DNA of 64,000 nucleotides from an uncultured Desulfatitalea sp. Lineage in GTDB: Bacteria > Desulfobacterota > Desulfobacteria > Desulfobacterales > Desulfosarcinaceae. The position numbers were made by a program, and so were the translations under genes. Shown here in pieces: positions 1 through 10,704 of this stretch. The DNA lies in contig CAXXMB010000002.1 of assembly GCA_963668675.2 (NCBI GenBank), forward strand, positions 288,001-352,000. Reading direction: 5' to 3'. The stretch's first letter is position 1. The number at the start of each line of letters is the position of its first letter. The notes beneath the pieces are model-generated. The model made no database searches, had not been told where the DNA came from, and saw only the letters and a program-made list of their open reading frames with translations.

Positions 1-568
1 TCATCGCCACGTTGAGGCATGTGGGGGCCAGTGCAGGAGCGGCAAAGTGGCCCAGAACATTAAGAAGCCCCATGCACAGGGCAACCAGCCCGATGAAGAT
101 GACATACGGACACATAATGCGCGTCAGCGATACGGTGAGGGAAAATTTTTGGGCTGACGCTGCAAACCCCGGGGCCAACAGATGAACCAGCAGGGGGGCC
201 GCCGCCATAGCGGCCACTGTGAATGTCAACAAACAGAGTGTCAGCAGGCGCGCCGTACTGCCCGCCAGACGGTCCGCTTCGGCCCGACCCTTTCGGTAGA
301 GGCACTCCGTGAAAACCGGCACAAAAACGATGCTTAAAGAGCCTTCACCGAACATTCGACGTAAAAGATTGGGGATGCGAAAGGCAGCAATAAAAGCATC
401 GGAAAACATGCCGGTTCCGAAAAAAGAGGCAATGGCGATATCCCGAACCGCACCCAGCAGACGACTCAACAGTGTGGCGCCGCCAACCACACCAGCGGCC
501 TGGGCGACACCCGCGTCATCGGCGCCACCCTCCACCACCTCATTTTCTTTATCGAAACCTGTTGACAT
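1..568 (-). CDS. murJ: Lipid II flippase MurJ/MviN, 5' part (runs off the window)
   Basis: Manual translation from ATG at 568 gives MSTGFDKE...AAGVVGGATLLSRLLGAVRD...DAFIAAFRIPNLLRRMFGEGSLS...LGHFAAPALAP, the typical MurJ N-terminus. Not in the ORF track because it is truncated. Confidence 0.93.
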   Translation of the reverse strand, partial: MSTGFDKENEVVEGGADDAGVAQAAGVVGGATLLSRLLGAVRDIAIASFFGTGMFSDAFIAAFRIPNLLRRMFGEGSLSIVFVPVFTECLYRKGRAEADRLAGSTARLLTLCLLTFTVAAMAAAPLLVHLLAPGFAASAQKFSLTVSLTRIMCPYVIFIGLVALCMGLLNVLGHFAAPALAPTCLNVAM

Positions 569-635
569 ACTATTGAGATGCCTATATAGATCCGGGTTTT
601 ATGAAGCTATATATCAATGTGAAAGGAGCTCTTCA

Positions 636-902
636 GTGGCCAATCATAAATCAGCCCTTAAGCGTGCCAGCCAGAATGAGGTTCGGCGCGTGCGCAACCG
701 AGCGGTGAAAACCCGTATAAAAAACGTGGTGAAAGAGGTTCGCCAGGCCGCTGCGGGTAATGAATCCGAAGCAGCAGCCACAACCCTGCGCACAGCCCAG
801 TCGACGATTGATAAAGCGGTCAAAAAGGGCGTGCTGCACAAACGTACGGCCGCAAGGAAAATCGCCCGCCTGGCCAAGCTGACCCAGACCGTTCAGTCCT
901 AG
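636..902 (+). CDS. rpsT: 30S ribosomal protein S20
   Basis: GTG start after RBS GAAAGGAG; ANHKSALKRA...KGVLHKRTAARK. Confidence 0.97.
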   Translation: MANHKSALKRASQNEVRRVRNRAVKTRIKNVVKEVRQAAAGNESEAAATTLRTAQSTIDKAVKKGVLHKRTAARKIARLAKLTQTVQS

Positions 903-910
903 TTCAAGCG

Positions 911-952
911 AAAAAAGCAAAGCACTCCGCATGAAACGGCCGAGTGCTTTGC
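911..952. terminator. Stem-loop between convergent rpsT and lptE
   Basis: 11-bp stem GCAAAGCACTC...GAGTGCTTTGC, preceded by an A-run (T-tail on the minus strand). Confidence 0.6.
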
Positions 953-1007
953 ATGTCGCGCTTTTCAAAATGTCCGCTCTCTTCCCTTACCGTTTTTCAT
1001 CCATACA

Positions 1008-1601
1008 CTAGAATGAATCCGTAAGAGACACATAGAAAGATTCAGCCAGCCGCTGGGCGGCCAGACCGATGGCCAAGCGTCGGTTCATGTCGGTGGCCGA
1101 CTTGCTATCTTCCACGGCATATGCCTGTTCAGCACTCACTGCACCCCTCTGCCACAGTGTCTTGCCGTTGGGATCCTTGAGGACGAACGAAGCCGTCACC
1201 ACCACCTTTCGTTCCAGTGCGGTCAAGGTACCGCTGCGTGAGACGGTTGCAGTGGTCAAGCGACCGATCGTACCGGACAATATGCCTTCCGCCTCGCCAA
1301 CCTCCACCACAAGATCCTGACGCCTGCGGGTCAACTCATCGATGACGGCATTGGTGACAGTGGTCTCCAGCCCGGACTCGGCAGTTCGGTTAGTGAACAC
1401 CTGCACGGCGATCGTCTTGACATCGCCGGGCAACTGACCGCTGCCGGCAAGACGATACCCACAACCCGTCAACAGAAAAATGGACAGACACCATGCGAGC
1501 AGCCCCTGCCATCCGCCCCTCGGCCTGTTCAGGGAATCCAAGGGGCTAAAAAATGCATTGGTTTCGTTCCAATGTTTGCGCAGATGCTCACGGCAGGCCA
1601 T
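1008..1601 (-). CDS. lptE: LptE-family LPS assembly lipoprotein (start uncertain)
   Basis: Lipobox LLTGC-GYRL; conserved position downstream of leuS. Confidence 0.85.
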   Translation of the reverse strand: MACREHLRKHWNETNAFFSPLDSLNRPRGGWQGLLAWCLSIFLLTGCGYRLAGSGQLPGDVKTIAVQVFTNRTAESGLETTVTNAVIDELTRRRQDLVVEVGEAEGILSGTIGRLTTATVSRSGTLTALERKVVVTASFVLKDPNGKTLWQRGAVSAEQAYAVEDSKSATDMNRRLAIGLAAQRLAESFYVSLTDSF

Positions 1602-1681
1602 CTTCACCCCCCATCCGATTGACACAATTCCCTCACTTTAAACTTTCGACTTTCCACTTCAAACTGCCTCGCGCAGCGGGG

Positions 1682-4279
1682 CTATACAACAATATTCACC
1701 AACTTATTCTTCACCACGATAATCTTCTTGGGCGCCTTGCCCTCGACAAACTTCTGCACCTTCTCATCTGCCAGGGCAATCTCCTTGAGGGTATCATCGT
1801 CCGTATCCATTTCAGTCGAAAAACGGCTGCGCAGTTTGCCGTTGACCTGCACGACAATGGTCGCTTCATCCTGAACCAGTGCATCTTTCCGAAAAGAGGG
1901 CCAGGAAACCAACAGGGTGCTCTCGGAGTGGCCCAGGGCTTGCCACAGCTCCTCGGCAAAATGAGGCACGATAGGCGAAAGCATCAGAATCACCGTCTCC
2001 AGCGCATGACGCATCACCCCGATACGCTGGTCGGCATCGCCCTCGTCGGGAGCCACGCCATGCATCTGGTTGACCAGTTCCATGACCGCGCTGATGGCCG
2101 TATTGAAATGGAACCGATCCTCGATATCGCGGGTCACCTTTTCGATGGTCTGATGCGCCTTTTTATAGGTTTGACGCAATGTGCCGGCCAATTGTTCGGG
2201 CGGACCGTCGTAAGGCGTGGCACCGGAAACGGCCTCCAGCCATGAAGCGGCCAGCCGCCAGACCCTGTTGAGAAAGCGGGCGCTGCCTTCAACCCCTTGG
2301 TCGCTCCACTCCAGATCCCTCTCCGGAGGCGCGGCGAACAGGCAGAAGAGGCGGGTCGTATCAGCGCCGTAACGCTCCAGCAACACATTGGGGTCAACCA
2401 CATTGCGCTTGGACTTGGACATCTTCTCGACACGTCCCACCGTCACCGACTGGTCGCAAAGCGAACAGGAGAGTCCGCCCCCCTCCCCCTCGCGGGCCTG
2501 TTCGGGAAAAAGAAAACCGTGCTCCGGGCATGTCATGGTCTCCTTGCACACCATGCCCTGGGTCAAGAGACGCGTGAACGGCTCCTTGTAGTCGATCAAT
2601 CCGATATCGTTCAGAACACGGGTAAAATAGCGCGAATAGAGCAAGTGCAAAATGGCATGCTCCACACCGCCGATATACTGATCCACCGGCATCCAGTAGG
2701 CGACCGCCGCCGGGTCGAACATGGCGTCGTTGCAATGTGGGCTGCAGTAGCGCTCGAAATACCACGAAGACTCGACAAAGGTGTCCATGGTGTCAGTCTC
2801 CCGGCGTGCATCGCTCCTCTGGCAGCGGGGACAGGTGGTCCTGGCGAAATAGTCGAGCGTGGGTAACGGCGACCTGCCGCCGTCGAGCAGATGGGCCTCT
2901 TCGGGCAGCACGATAGGCAGGTCCTTTTCCGGCACGGGAACCGTGCCACAGGTTTCGCAATAGATCATTGGAATGGGCGCGCCCCAATAGCGCTGCCGGG
3001 AGATGCCCCAATCGCGCAGTCTGAAACTGACGGCCCGCTTTCCAAGCCCCTTGGCTTCAAGCAGGTCGGCGATATGATCCATGGCCCGGCGGTTGGGCTG
3101 GCCGTCAAACTCCCCTGAATTGATCATGACGCCGTCGCCGGCATAGGCCTCCTCCATGTCAGCCCCGTTGAGGGACTCGCCCTGGGGGTTGACCACGGGA
3201 ATAATGGGGAGCTCATATTTCCTGGCAAAGTCGAAATCACGCTGGTCGTGGGCCGGAACCGACATGACCGCCCCGGTGCCGTACTCCATCAAGGCAAAGT
3301 TGGCCGTATAGATCGGCATCCGCCGACCGGTCATCGGGTTGATGCAATATTGGCCGGTAAACACCCCCTCTTTCTCATAGTTGTCCACCGCCCTGCTGCT
3401 GCGCTCCTGAAGACTGATCCGCTCAATGAACTCGGCCACCGACTGCTCCTGAGCTGTGCCGGCCGCCAACTGCGGCACCAAAGGGTGTTCGGGTGCCAGG
3501 CACATGAAAGTGGCGCCGAAAACAGTATCGTGGCGCGTGGTGAAAACAGGAATGACGGTGTCGCCCTCCTCCACCGCAAAACGGATCTCGGCCCCCTGGC
3601 TGCGACCGATCCAGTTCTTCTGCATAGTGGTGACCTTGTCCGGCCACCCCGGCAATTGATCGCAATAGACAAGGAGATCCTCGGCATAGTCACTGATTCT
3701 GAAGAACCACTGGTTGAGTTTTTTCTGGCGCACGGCCTGTCCGCAACGCCAGCACATGCCGGCTTCCACCTGTTCGTTGGCCAAGACCGTCTGGCACGGT
3801 TCGCACCAATTGACAAAAGACTCCTTACGGTAGGCCATGCCCGTTTCGTACATTTTCAAAAAGAGCCACTGCTCCCAACGATAGTATTCAGGTGCGCAGG
3901 TGGCCAACTCCCGGGTCCAATCGTATGAGAAACCGAGCTGCTTGAGCTGGTTGCGCATATAAGCGATGTTGTCGTAGGTCCACTGGGCCGGGTGGGTATT
4001 GTTGGCGATGGCGGCGTTTTCGGCCGGCATGCCGAAGGCGTCCCACCCCATGGGATGGAGCACATTGAAGCCTTGCATACGCTTGTAACGCGCCACCACA
4101 TCCCCTATGGTGTAGTTGCGCACATGTCCCATGTGGATCTTGCCTGATGGGTAAGGGAACATCTCCAACAGATAATATTTGGGGGTGTCGGCCTCGACCT
4201 CCACCTCGAACAGCCGGTCCTGCTCCCAGGCCGATTGCCATTTTTGCTCTATTTTTTGGGCATCATATTGCTCATCCAT
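1682..4279 (-). CDS. leuS: Leucine--tRNA ligase
   Basis: [11 protein letters not shown] (HIGH) and KMSKS motifs, editing domain, 865 aa. Confidence 0.98.
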   Translation of the reverse strand: MDEQYDAQKIEQKWQSAWEQDRLFEVEVEADTPKYYLLEMFPYPSGKIHMGHVRNYTIGDVVARYKRMQGFNVLHPMGWDAFGMPAENAAIANNTHPAQWTYDNIAYMRNQLKQLGFSYDWTRELATCAPEYYRWEQWLFLKMYETGMAYRKESFVNWCEPCQTVLANEQVEAGMCWRCGQAVRQKKLNQWFFRISDYAEDLLVYCDQLPGWPDKVTTMQKNWIGRSQGAEIRFAVEEGDTVIPVFTTRHDTVFGATFMCLAPEHPLVPQLAAGTAQEQSVAEFIERISLQERSSRAVDNYEKEGVFTGQYCINPMTGRRMPIYTANFALMEYGTGAVMSVPAHDQRDFDFARKYELPIIPVVNPQGESLNGADMEEAYAGDGVMINSGEFDGQPNRRAMDHIADLLEAKGLGKRAVSFRLRDWGISRQRYWGAPIPMIYCETCGTVPVPEKDLPIVLPEEAHLLDGGRSPLPTLDYFARTTCPRCQRSDARRETDTMDTFVESSWYFERYCSPHCNDAMFDPAAVAYWMPVDQYIGGVEHAILHLLYSRYFTRVLNDIGLIDYKEPFTRLLTQGMVCKETMTCPEHGFLFPEQAREGEGGGLSCSLCDQSVTVGRVEKMSKSKRNVVDPNVLLERYGADTTRLFCLFAAPPERDLEWSDQGVEGSARFLNRVWRLAASWLEAVSGATPYDGPPEQLAGTLRQTYKKAHQTIEKVTRDIEDRFHFNTAISAVMELVNQMHGVAPDEGDADQRIGVMRHALETVILMLSPIVPHFAEELWQALGHSESTLLVSWPSFRKDALVQDEATIVVQVNGKLRSRFSTEMDTDDDTLKEIALADEKVQKFVEGKAPKKIIVVKNKLVNIVV

Positions 4280-4622
4280 CGATCGTCACCTAAGCCCCGC
4301 TTTGGGGGACGTTTAATGTGTGAAAGGTCTGTCCGCCATTAGAAAAAAAACAGAGCGCCTCGGCGGTGCATACGGCGCGATATCTGTTTAAGATTTTGAT
4401 TTCTCATGCCATAACTTTATCTAAAGTGCAACATACGAAGGCGATGCAACACTCTCCGACCGGGAACACTCCGACAGGATGATGCATGGGTCGTCGGCTT
4501 CACACCACAATAATCTGATTGACTTAAAAACAACAATTACATATGAATCACACTGTTACAACCACCTGCACCCGACGCCCCCAACGGCACCCACGTTATT
4601 GAAATACAGGAATATCCAATAC

Positions 4623-6092
4623 ATGAGCAGCAAAATTCTGATCAACGCCATCGACCCCGAAGAGGTTCGAATCGCCAAAGTCAAAGAGAGCCGGATGGAA
4701 GAGTTCCAGATCGAAATGGCCGGCCGCGAAATTATCCACGGTAATATATATAAAGGAGTCATCACTCGGGTAGAGCCGAGCCTGCAGGCCGTCTTCGTCG
4801 ATTTCGGCGGCGAACGCAACGGTTTCCTGCAACAGCATGAGATTCACAGCGACTATTTCCAAGAGAATAGCGGCAACCAGCGAACCATTGAATGGCTGGT
4901 CAAAAAAAACCAGGAACTCATGGTTCAGGTCACCAAGGATCCGATGATGAAAAAGGGCGCCATGCTCACCACGTATATATCGCTGCCCGGACGCCACGTT
5001 GTTCTGATGCCCGGCACCAACAACCGTGGTATTTCCCGCAAAATCGAGGATGAACAAGAGCGTAAGCGTCTCAAGGAGATTCTCGACGCTCTGAAAATAC
5101 CCGAAGGCTTCGGCACCATCGTGCGCACCGCCGGCCAGGGTTGCACCAAGACCCAACTCTCCAAAGATGTGAGCTACCTGTTGCGCTTGTGGCGCGACAT
5201 CAAGCACAAAGGCATTCAAGAGGAGGCACCGGCCGTCCTGTACAAGGATCGCAGCCTCGCGGTACGATCGGTAAGAGACTACTTTACATCGGACGTCAAT
5301 GAAATCCTCATCGATGACGAAAGCGTTTTTCAAGAGGTGAAAAATTTCGTCCACATCATCTCGCCGCGGCACAAGCGCATCGTAAAACACTACACCCTGG
5401 ACAAACCGATCTTCAGCAAATACCAGCTCGAAGATCAGATCGCCACCATCTTCGAGAACAGAGTTTCACTCAAATCGGGAGGTTCCATCGTCATCGAACA
5501 GACCGAAGCCCTGGTGGCCATCGATGTCAATTCGGGGCGCGCCACCAAGGAGAAGGGCATCGAGCAGACCGCACTGACCACCAATTTGGAGGCAGCCGAA
5601 GAGGTGGCCCGCCAGATCCGATTAAGGGACCTGGGGGGCTTGATTGTGGTCGACTTCATCGATATGCGCGAAATCAAAAACCGAACCGCCGTTGAACGCG
5701 CTTTAAGGGAGCATGTCAAGCGCGATAAAGCCAGAGCCCGAATCGGGCGGATATCCCAATTCGGATTGCTGGAGATGGCTCGCCAGCGCCTGGCCCCCTC
5801 GATCGAGTTGGGGAGTCTGGTTGCATGCCCCTACTGTAAAGGCAAAGGGCTCACCCCCTCGACCGAAACCCTGGCCGTCCGCTTTCTGCGTCAGCTCAAA
5901 ACATTGACCCGTAAAAGCGGTCTCCAGCGTGTACACGGCAGCGTCCCCAAGGCGGTGGCAGACTATGTTCTCAATAAAAAACGCAAAGAAATCACCGAGC
6001 TCGAAATGCAGCGGGGTTTCGCACTCACCATCGAGGGGGACGACAACATGCCTCCCCATGAGTGCCGTATCGATTGCGATCCACACTGTTGA
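4623..6092 (+). CDS. Rne/Rng family ribonuclease (catalytic domain only)
   Basis: S1 domain GNIYKGVITRVEPSLQAVFVD, IDVNSG, LRDLGGLIVVDFIDM, Zn-link CPYC; start taken at MSSKILINA. Confidence 0.95.
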   Translation: MSSKILINAIDPEEVRIAKVKESRMEEFQIEMAGREIIHGNIYKGVITRVEPSLQAVFVDFGGERNGFLQQHEIHSDYFQENSGNQRTIEWLVKKNQELMVQVTKDPMMKKGAMLTTYISLPGRHVVLMPGTNNRGISRKIEDEQERKRLKEILDALKIPEGFGTIVRTAGQGCTKTQLSKDVSYLLRLWRDIKHKGIQEEAPAVLYKDRSLAVRSVRDYFTSDVNEILIDDESVFQEVKNFVHIISPRHKRIVKHYTLDKPIFSKYQLEDQIATIFENRVSLKSGGSIVIEQTEALVAIDVNSGRATKEKGIEQTALTTNLEAAEEVARQIRLRDLGGLIVVDFIDMREIKNRTAVERALREHVKRDKARARIGRISQFGLLEMARQRLAPSIELGSLVACPYCKGKGLTPSTETLAVRFLRQLKTLTRKSGLQRVHGSVPKAVADYVLNKKRKEITELEMQRGFALTIEGDDNMPPHECRIDCDPHC

Positions 6093-6107
6093 TCTGGAAA
6101 GAAGGGT

Positions 6108-6136
6108 TTGACCTGCGCAGACATTTCAAGTATACC
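6108..6136 (+). promoter_or_regulatory. Putative sigma70 promoter of yajC-secDF
   Basis: TTGACC-17 bp-TATACC. Confidence 0.45.
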
Positions 6137-6208
6137 AGCGCCGTCTTGTTATGCCCCAGTTAAATAGCAACAAATTAGAATCTATTCTCGAAAGGGAGGT
6201 TTAACGAT

Positions 6209-6574
6209 ATGAATATTGCCTATGCCATGGGCCAGGGTGGAGCCGCAGCCGAAGGCGGTGGTGGACTTTTGGCCACACCGCTGCTGCCGATCATTTTAAT
6301 GTTGGGAATCATGTGGTTTCTGCTGATCCGCCCACAGCAAAAAAAGCAGAAAGAGCATCGCGAACTGATCGCCAACCTGAAGAAGGGGGACATGATCATC
6401 ACCTCCGGCGGACTTTATGGCCGCATCACTGGTGTCAGCGAAGCCACCCTTACGCTTGAAATTGCAGATAAGGTGCGCGTCAAGGTGAGCCGCGGGCACA
6501 TCGCCGGCTTGGCTCAGACCAACAAACCGCAGACAGCGCCGCCCGCCAAAAAGGCCGACGCCGAAAAAAAGTAA
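6209..6574 (+). CDS. yajC: Preprotein translocase subunit YajC
   Basis: WFLLIRPQQKKQKEH...LKKGDMIITSGGLYG. Confidence 0.96.
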   Translation: MNIAYAMGQGGAAAEGGGGLLATPLLPIILMLGIMWFLLIRPQQKKQKEHRELIANLKKGDMIITSGGLYGRITGVSEATLTLEIADKVRVKVSRGHIAGLAQTNKPQTAPPAKKADAEKK

Positions 6575-6687
6575 GTCACTGAGAAGAGATCGTGCCAACC
6601 GCCACACCGGATTCGATTCCCCGGTCTGGCGGCTAACGGGCTTACTGATAATTGTCAGAGCATGGTTCTATTAAGAGGAACGGAGCA

Positions 6688-8259
6688 TTGAAAACAACTT
6701 CTTGGCGCCCCATTGTTGTCATTGTAGTCCTGCTTGCCGCACTGGTTTATGTGCTTCCCACGCTTCAAATGGTAGTGGAAAAAAAGCTGGAAACTACCCT
6801 GTGGCCCTATCGAAAGATCAACCTCGGATTGGATCTGCAAGGCGGCATGCACCTGGTGTTGCAGGTGGACACCGACAAGGCGGTGGAAAACACAGTGGAT
6901 CGAACCTATGACGAGTTGCGTTCGTTCATGCGCCAGAATGACATCCGCGTCGCGTCGATCAAAAAGATGGACACCGCCGCATTGGCCATCGTTCTGGATG
7001 AGAAAGAAGATTTTAACAAATCGCGGGGGTTGATCGCTGACGAGTTCAGGGATTTCAACCTGACCGACCAGAATAGTGAAATCCGCCTGACACTCAAATC
7101 CGATGAAGTTCAGAGGGTGAAAAAACTGGCGTTCGAAAAGGCCGTCATGAAGGTGCGCAACCGCGTGGACGAATATGGCGCGCGCGAACCGGACATCAGG
7201 CCTCAGGGCGCCGACCGCATCATTGTCCAACTCCCCGGTGTAATTGATGCCGACAAGGCCCGCAGAGAAATCGGCCGAACAGGTAACCTGGAGTTTAAAC
7301 TGGTCGACGAAACCCACGATGTGCGTCAGGCCCTCAGCGGCGAAGTTCCCCCTGGAAGCGAGATCCGCTATTATCGCAAAGACGATCCCGAAATGGCAGG
7401 TCGGCCCATCCTTTTAAAGAGGGAGACGCTGCTGACCGGCGACTATCTCAGCGAGGCGCGCGTCAAATTCGACCCGGCCAACGGCCAGCCCTATGTGGGC
7501 ATAAAATTCAATCCCAAAGGGGCGCGCATCTTCGCCAAGGTGACCGAAGAGCACATTCACGAGCGCCTTGCCATTGTCCTGGACAACGAAGTCTACTCGG
7601 CCCCGACGATTCAATCAAAAATCACCGGGGAGGGAATGATCACCGGCAACTTCACCGATGAGAGCGCCAAGAGCCTGGCCCTGGTGCTGCGGGAGGCTTT
7701 TCCAACTCCGGTGGAAATACTCTACGAAAAATCGGTGGGCCCGTCGCTGGGCGAAGACTCGATCCGCAAAGGTCTGCTTTCCATGCTGATCGGTGGCGTG
7801 CTGGTGGTGATCTTCATGGTCATCTACTACAGGGGAGCCGGCCTCATTGCCGATCTGGCCCTGATCCTCAACATCGTTCTCATCGCCGGCGGCCTGGCCG
7901 CTTTCGATGCGACCCTGACCCTGCCCGGTATTGCCGGTATCATTCTCACCATCGGCATGGCTGTGGATGCCAACGTGCTGATCTATGAACGCATCCGCGA
8001 AGAGCTGCGGTTGGGCAAAACGGCTCGGGCAGCGCTTGATGCCGGCTATGAGCGTGCCACGCTGACCATCCTGGACGCCAATGTCACCACCCTGATCGCA
8101 GCAGTGGTGCTGTTCCAATTCGGCAGCGGACCGGTCAAGGGCTTTGCCGTCACCCTGAGTCTCGGTGTCATTTCTAGCCTGTTCACCGCCCTGATTCTGT
8201 CGAGAACGATTTTCGAGTTCCTGCTGACCAAACGTTCTGTCAAAACACTGAGCATTTGA
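6688..8259 (+). CDS. secD: Protein translocase subunit SecD
   Basis: LGLDLQGG, GMAVDANVLIYERIREE; likely TTG start after GGAG. Confidence 0.97.
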   Translation: MKTTSWRPIVVIVVLLAALVYVLPTLQMVVEKKLETTLWPYRKINLGLDLQGGMHLVLQVDTDKAVENTVDRTYDELRSFMRQNDIRVASIKKMDTAALAIVLDEKEDFNKSRGLIADEFRDFNLTDQNSEIRLTLKSDEVQRVKKLAFEKAVMKVRNRVDEYGAREPDIRPQGADRIIVQLPGVIDADKARREIGRTGNLEFKLVDETHDVRQALSGEVPPGSEIRYYRKDDPEMAGRPILLKRETLLTGDYLSEARVKFDPANGQPYVGIKFNPKGARIFAKVTEEHIHERLAIVLDNEVYSAPTIQSKITGEGMITGNFTDESAKSLALVLREAFPTPVEILYEKSVGPSLGEDSIRKGLLSMLIGGVLVVIFMVIYYRGAGLIADLALILNIVLIAGGLAAFDATLTLPGIAGIILTIGMAVDANVLIYERIREELRLGKTARAALDAGYERATLTILDANVTTLIAAVVLFQFGSGPVKGFAVTLSLGVISSLFTALILSRTIFEFLLTKRSVKTLSI

Positions 8260-8336
8260 CGACCAAAGCCAATGGCGAGTGATTAGATACCCATCATGCC
8301 CTTGCATGTGTGAATTGAAGCTGAGGAAAGCTGACT

Positions 8337-9365
8337 ATGCAGATCATTAAACCGGATGTTAACATCAACTTTGTGGGTCGCCGTAGAATCGCCTACGTGA
8401 TATCGGCGCTGGTCATTCTGACCTCCATCGCCTCCCTGGTGCTGCATGGCGGTCCAAAATACGGCATCGACTTTGCTGGCGGTGCCGAACTTCTGGTCAA
8501 ATTTGGCGAACCAGTTCCCATCCAAGATGTCAAAGCGGCCTTGAGATCCATGCAGCTGGACGCCGTCGTCCAAAAATACGGCGAGAGTGGCGCCGATTTC
8601 TACCGCGTCCTGATCCCCGCCGAACAGGCCGAGCAGGGCAACTTGGCCCAGACGCTCAAAGAGGGATTGGCCTCTCGTACAGAGACCGGCGTATCGCTTG
8701 AATCGTTTGAGATGGTGGGCCCCCAGGTCGGTCGCGACTTGCGCGAAAAAGCCCTGCTGGCGATGTTTTTCGCCCTGCTCTTCATTACTGTCTATATCTC
8801 GGGACGATTCGAACTCAAGTGGCTGCTCAGCGCAGGCACCGCCGGTGCACTGGCGTTCAGCGTCTATGCCTTGCGGTTGGCCCACTTAAGTATTCCCGTG
8901 CTGATGGCCGCCGCTCTGGTGGTGACGCTCATTCTCTTCTACGTATTGAACCTGAAATACGCCATGGGTGCCATCGTCGCGCTCATCCATGACGTAACGA
9001 TCACCGTGGGTTTCTTCTCTTTCTTCGGCAAAGAGTTCACCCTGCCGATCATCGCCGCCCTGCTGACCATTATCGGCTACTCGCTCAACGACACGATCAT
9101 CGTCTTCGACCGCATCCGGGAAAACCTGCGAAAATACCACAAGCTGCCCTTGGCGGATACCATCAACAAGAGCATCAACGAAACGCTCAGTCGGACCATA
9201 TTAACCTCCGGCACCACATTGATCGTCGTCATAGCCCTGTTTCTGCTCGGCGGCGGCATCATTCACGATTTTGCCTTCGCCCTGCTGATTGGGGTCTGCG
9301 TGGGTACCTACTCGTCGATCTTTGTGGCCAGCCCGATTCTGCTGGCTTGGCAAAAGCGAAAATGA
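8337..9365 (+). CDS. secF: Protein translocase subunit SecF
   Basis: GIDFAGG, GYSLNDTIIVFDRIREN. Confidence 0.97.
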   Translation: MQIIKPDVNINFVGRRRIAYVISALVILTSIASLVLHGGPKYGIDFAGGAELLVKFGEPVPIQDVKAALRSMQLDAVVQKYGESGADFYRVLIPAEQAEQGNLAQTLKEGLASRTETGVSLESFEMVGPQVGRDLREKALLAMFFALLFITVYISGRFELKWLLSAGTAGALAFSVYALRLAHLSIPVLMAAALVVTLILFYVLNLKYAMGAIVALIHDVTITVGFFSFFGKEFTLPIIAALLTIIGYSLNDTIIVFDRIRENLRKYHKLPLADTINKSINETLSRTILTSGTTLIVVIALFLLGGGIIHDFAFALLIGVCVGTYSSIFVASPILLAWQKRK

Positions 9366-9369
9366 GCGA

Positions 9370-10485
9370 ATGAAGCATATCGTACCTTGGCTGACGCTGA
9401 AAAGTGTTCCCGGCGTTGGAAACCTGCTGATCACCCGACTGATCGACACCTTCAAAACGCCGGAAAACGTACTCTCAGCTTCTACCAAGACCCTGGTACA
9501 GGTTGAGGGCATCACCCCCAGGATCGCCAACGCCATCCAGCGACAGCGAACACCCGATTGGGTGATGGGCGAAATCGAGCAGGTACACAAAAGAGGCTTT
9601 GCCTTCGTCACCCGCCATGACAGCCTGTACCCCCGCCTGCTGAGGGAGATTCCCGACCCGCCCCCACTGCTCTATGTCTATGGCAGTTTAGCCGATATCC
9701 GATACCCTATATCGGTGGTGGGTTCCCGCAAGGCGACGACCTACGGCCGAAAAGCCGCACGAAGCGTTTGCAGGCAGTTGGCCGGGAACGGTGCCTCTAT
9801 TGTCAGCGGCATGGCCAGCGGAATCGACACTGCCGCTCACGAGGGGGCTCTGGAGGGTGGGGGACAAACGGTCGCGGTGCTCGGATCGGGCCTCAACAAC
9901 ATCTATCCGGCCCAGAACCGTTACCTCTTTCACCGCATTGCCAAGCAAGGCGCTGTCATCACCGAATTCAATATGAACGCCAGGCCCGATGCCCACCACT
10001 TCCCTATGCGCAACCGCATCATCAGCGGAATCTCCTTGGGGACGGTGGTGGTTGAAGCCGCCCGTAAAAGCGGCTCCCTGATCACAGCCCGTCTGGCAGC
10101 CGAGCAGAACCGCGAGGTGTTCGCCGTGCCTGGCAACATCCACTGCGCTACAGCTCGGGGCACTCACGACCTGATAAAACAAGGGGCCAAACTGGTCGAA
10201 ACCGCTGATGACATCATCGAGGAGATCGCTCCTCAACTGGCCGGCACCGAGCCGGTTCCAGCCGGGAGCAAAAAACCACCCGAATTGTCGATCGAAGAGC
10301 AGAGGGCCTTCGAGGCCATCGATGCCTATCCGGTGCATATCGATGACCTGGCGCGACAATTAGGGCAGCCGGCGGGGCCATTGGCAGGTATCCTGGCCCA
10401 ATTGGAACTCAAAGGCGTCGTCTGCCAGGAGCCGGGTAAATTTTTTGTACGCCATACGGACTATAGCAATACGCATATCCCGTAA
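9370..10485 (+). CDS. dprA: DNA-processing protein DprA
   Basis: VVGSR, VSGMASGID, FPMRNRIISG, SGSLITA; upstream of topA. Confidence 0.95.
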   Translation: MKHIVPWLTLKSVPGVGNLLITRLIDTFKTPENVLSASTKTLVQVEGITPRIANAIQRQRTPDWVMGEIEQVHKRGFAFVTRHDSLYPRLLREIPDPPPLLYVYGSLADIRYPISVVGSRKATTYGRKAARSVCRQLAGNGASIVSGMASGIDTAAHEGALEGGGQTVAVLGSGLNNIYPAQNRYLFHRIAKQGAVITEFNMNARPDAHHFPMRNRIISGISLGTVVVEAARKSGSLITARLAAEQNREVFAVPGNIHCATARGTHDLIKQGAKLVETADDIIEEIAPQLAGTEPVPAGSKKPPELSIEEQRAFEAIDAYPVHIDDLARQLGQPAGPLAGILAQLELKGVVCQEPGKFFVRHTDYSNTHIP

Positions 10486-10704
10486 GAGATAAGTTGTCGG
10501 CATTGAAAAATTTGGAGAGTGCCGATATTTACAATTGAGTTCCCATGCGCTAGCATGTGGGGCACTTTGCCGCGGGGCATCTGATCCAAGGCGATCGGAA
10601 ATCCCACACACACGACGATGTGGGCCCGCTTTATTAATCATCAACTGGAATGGGGCGGCGGCAATCACCGCAACCTTACAAACCATCTGCTATAGAGGTA
10701 CACT

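Noticed and set aside
309..635. Long N-terminal extension of the rpsT ORF in the track
   Set aside because: Antisense to murJ; the real start is GTG 636 with a clear RBS
919..950. CIRCE-like AGCACTC...GAGTGCT
   Set aside because: Spacer is 14 nt rather than 9, flanks do not match TTAGCACTC, and it lies between convergent gene ends; better explained as a terminator
10540..10630. Possible NrdR boxes upstream of topA (ATGTGGG twice)
   Set aside because: Poor match to the consensus and wrong spacing
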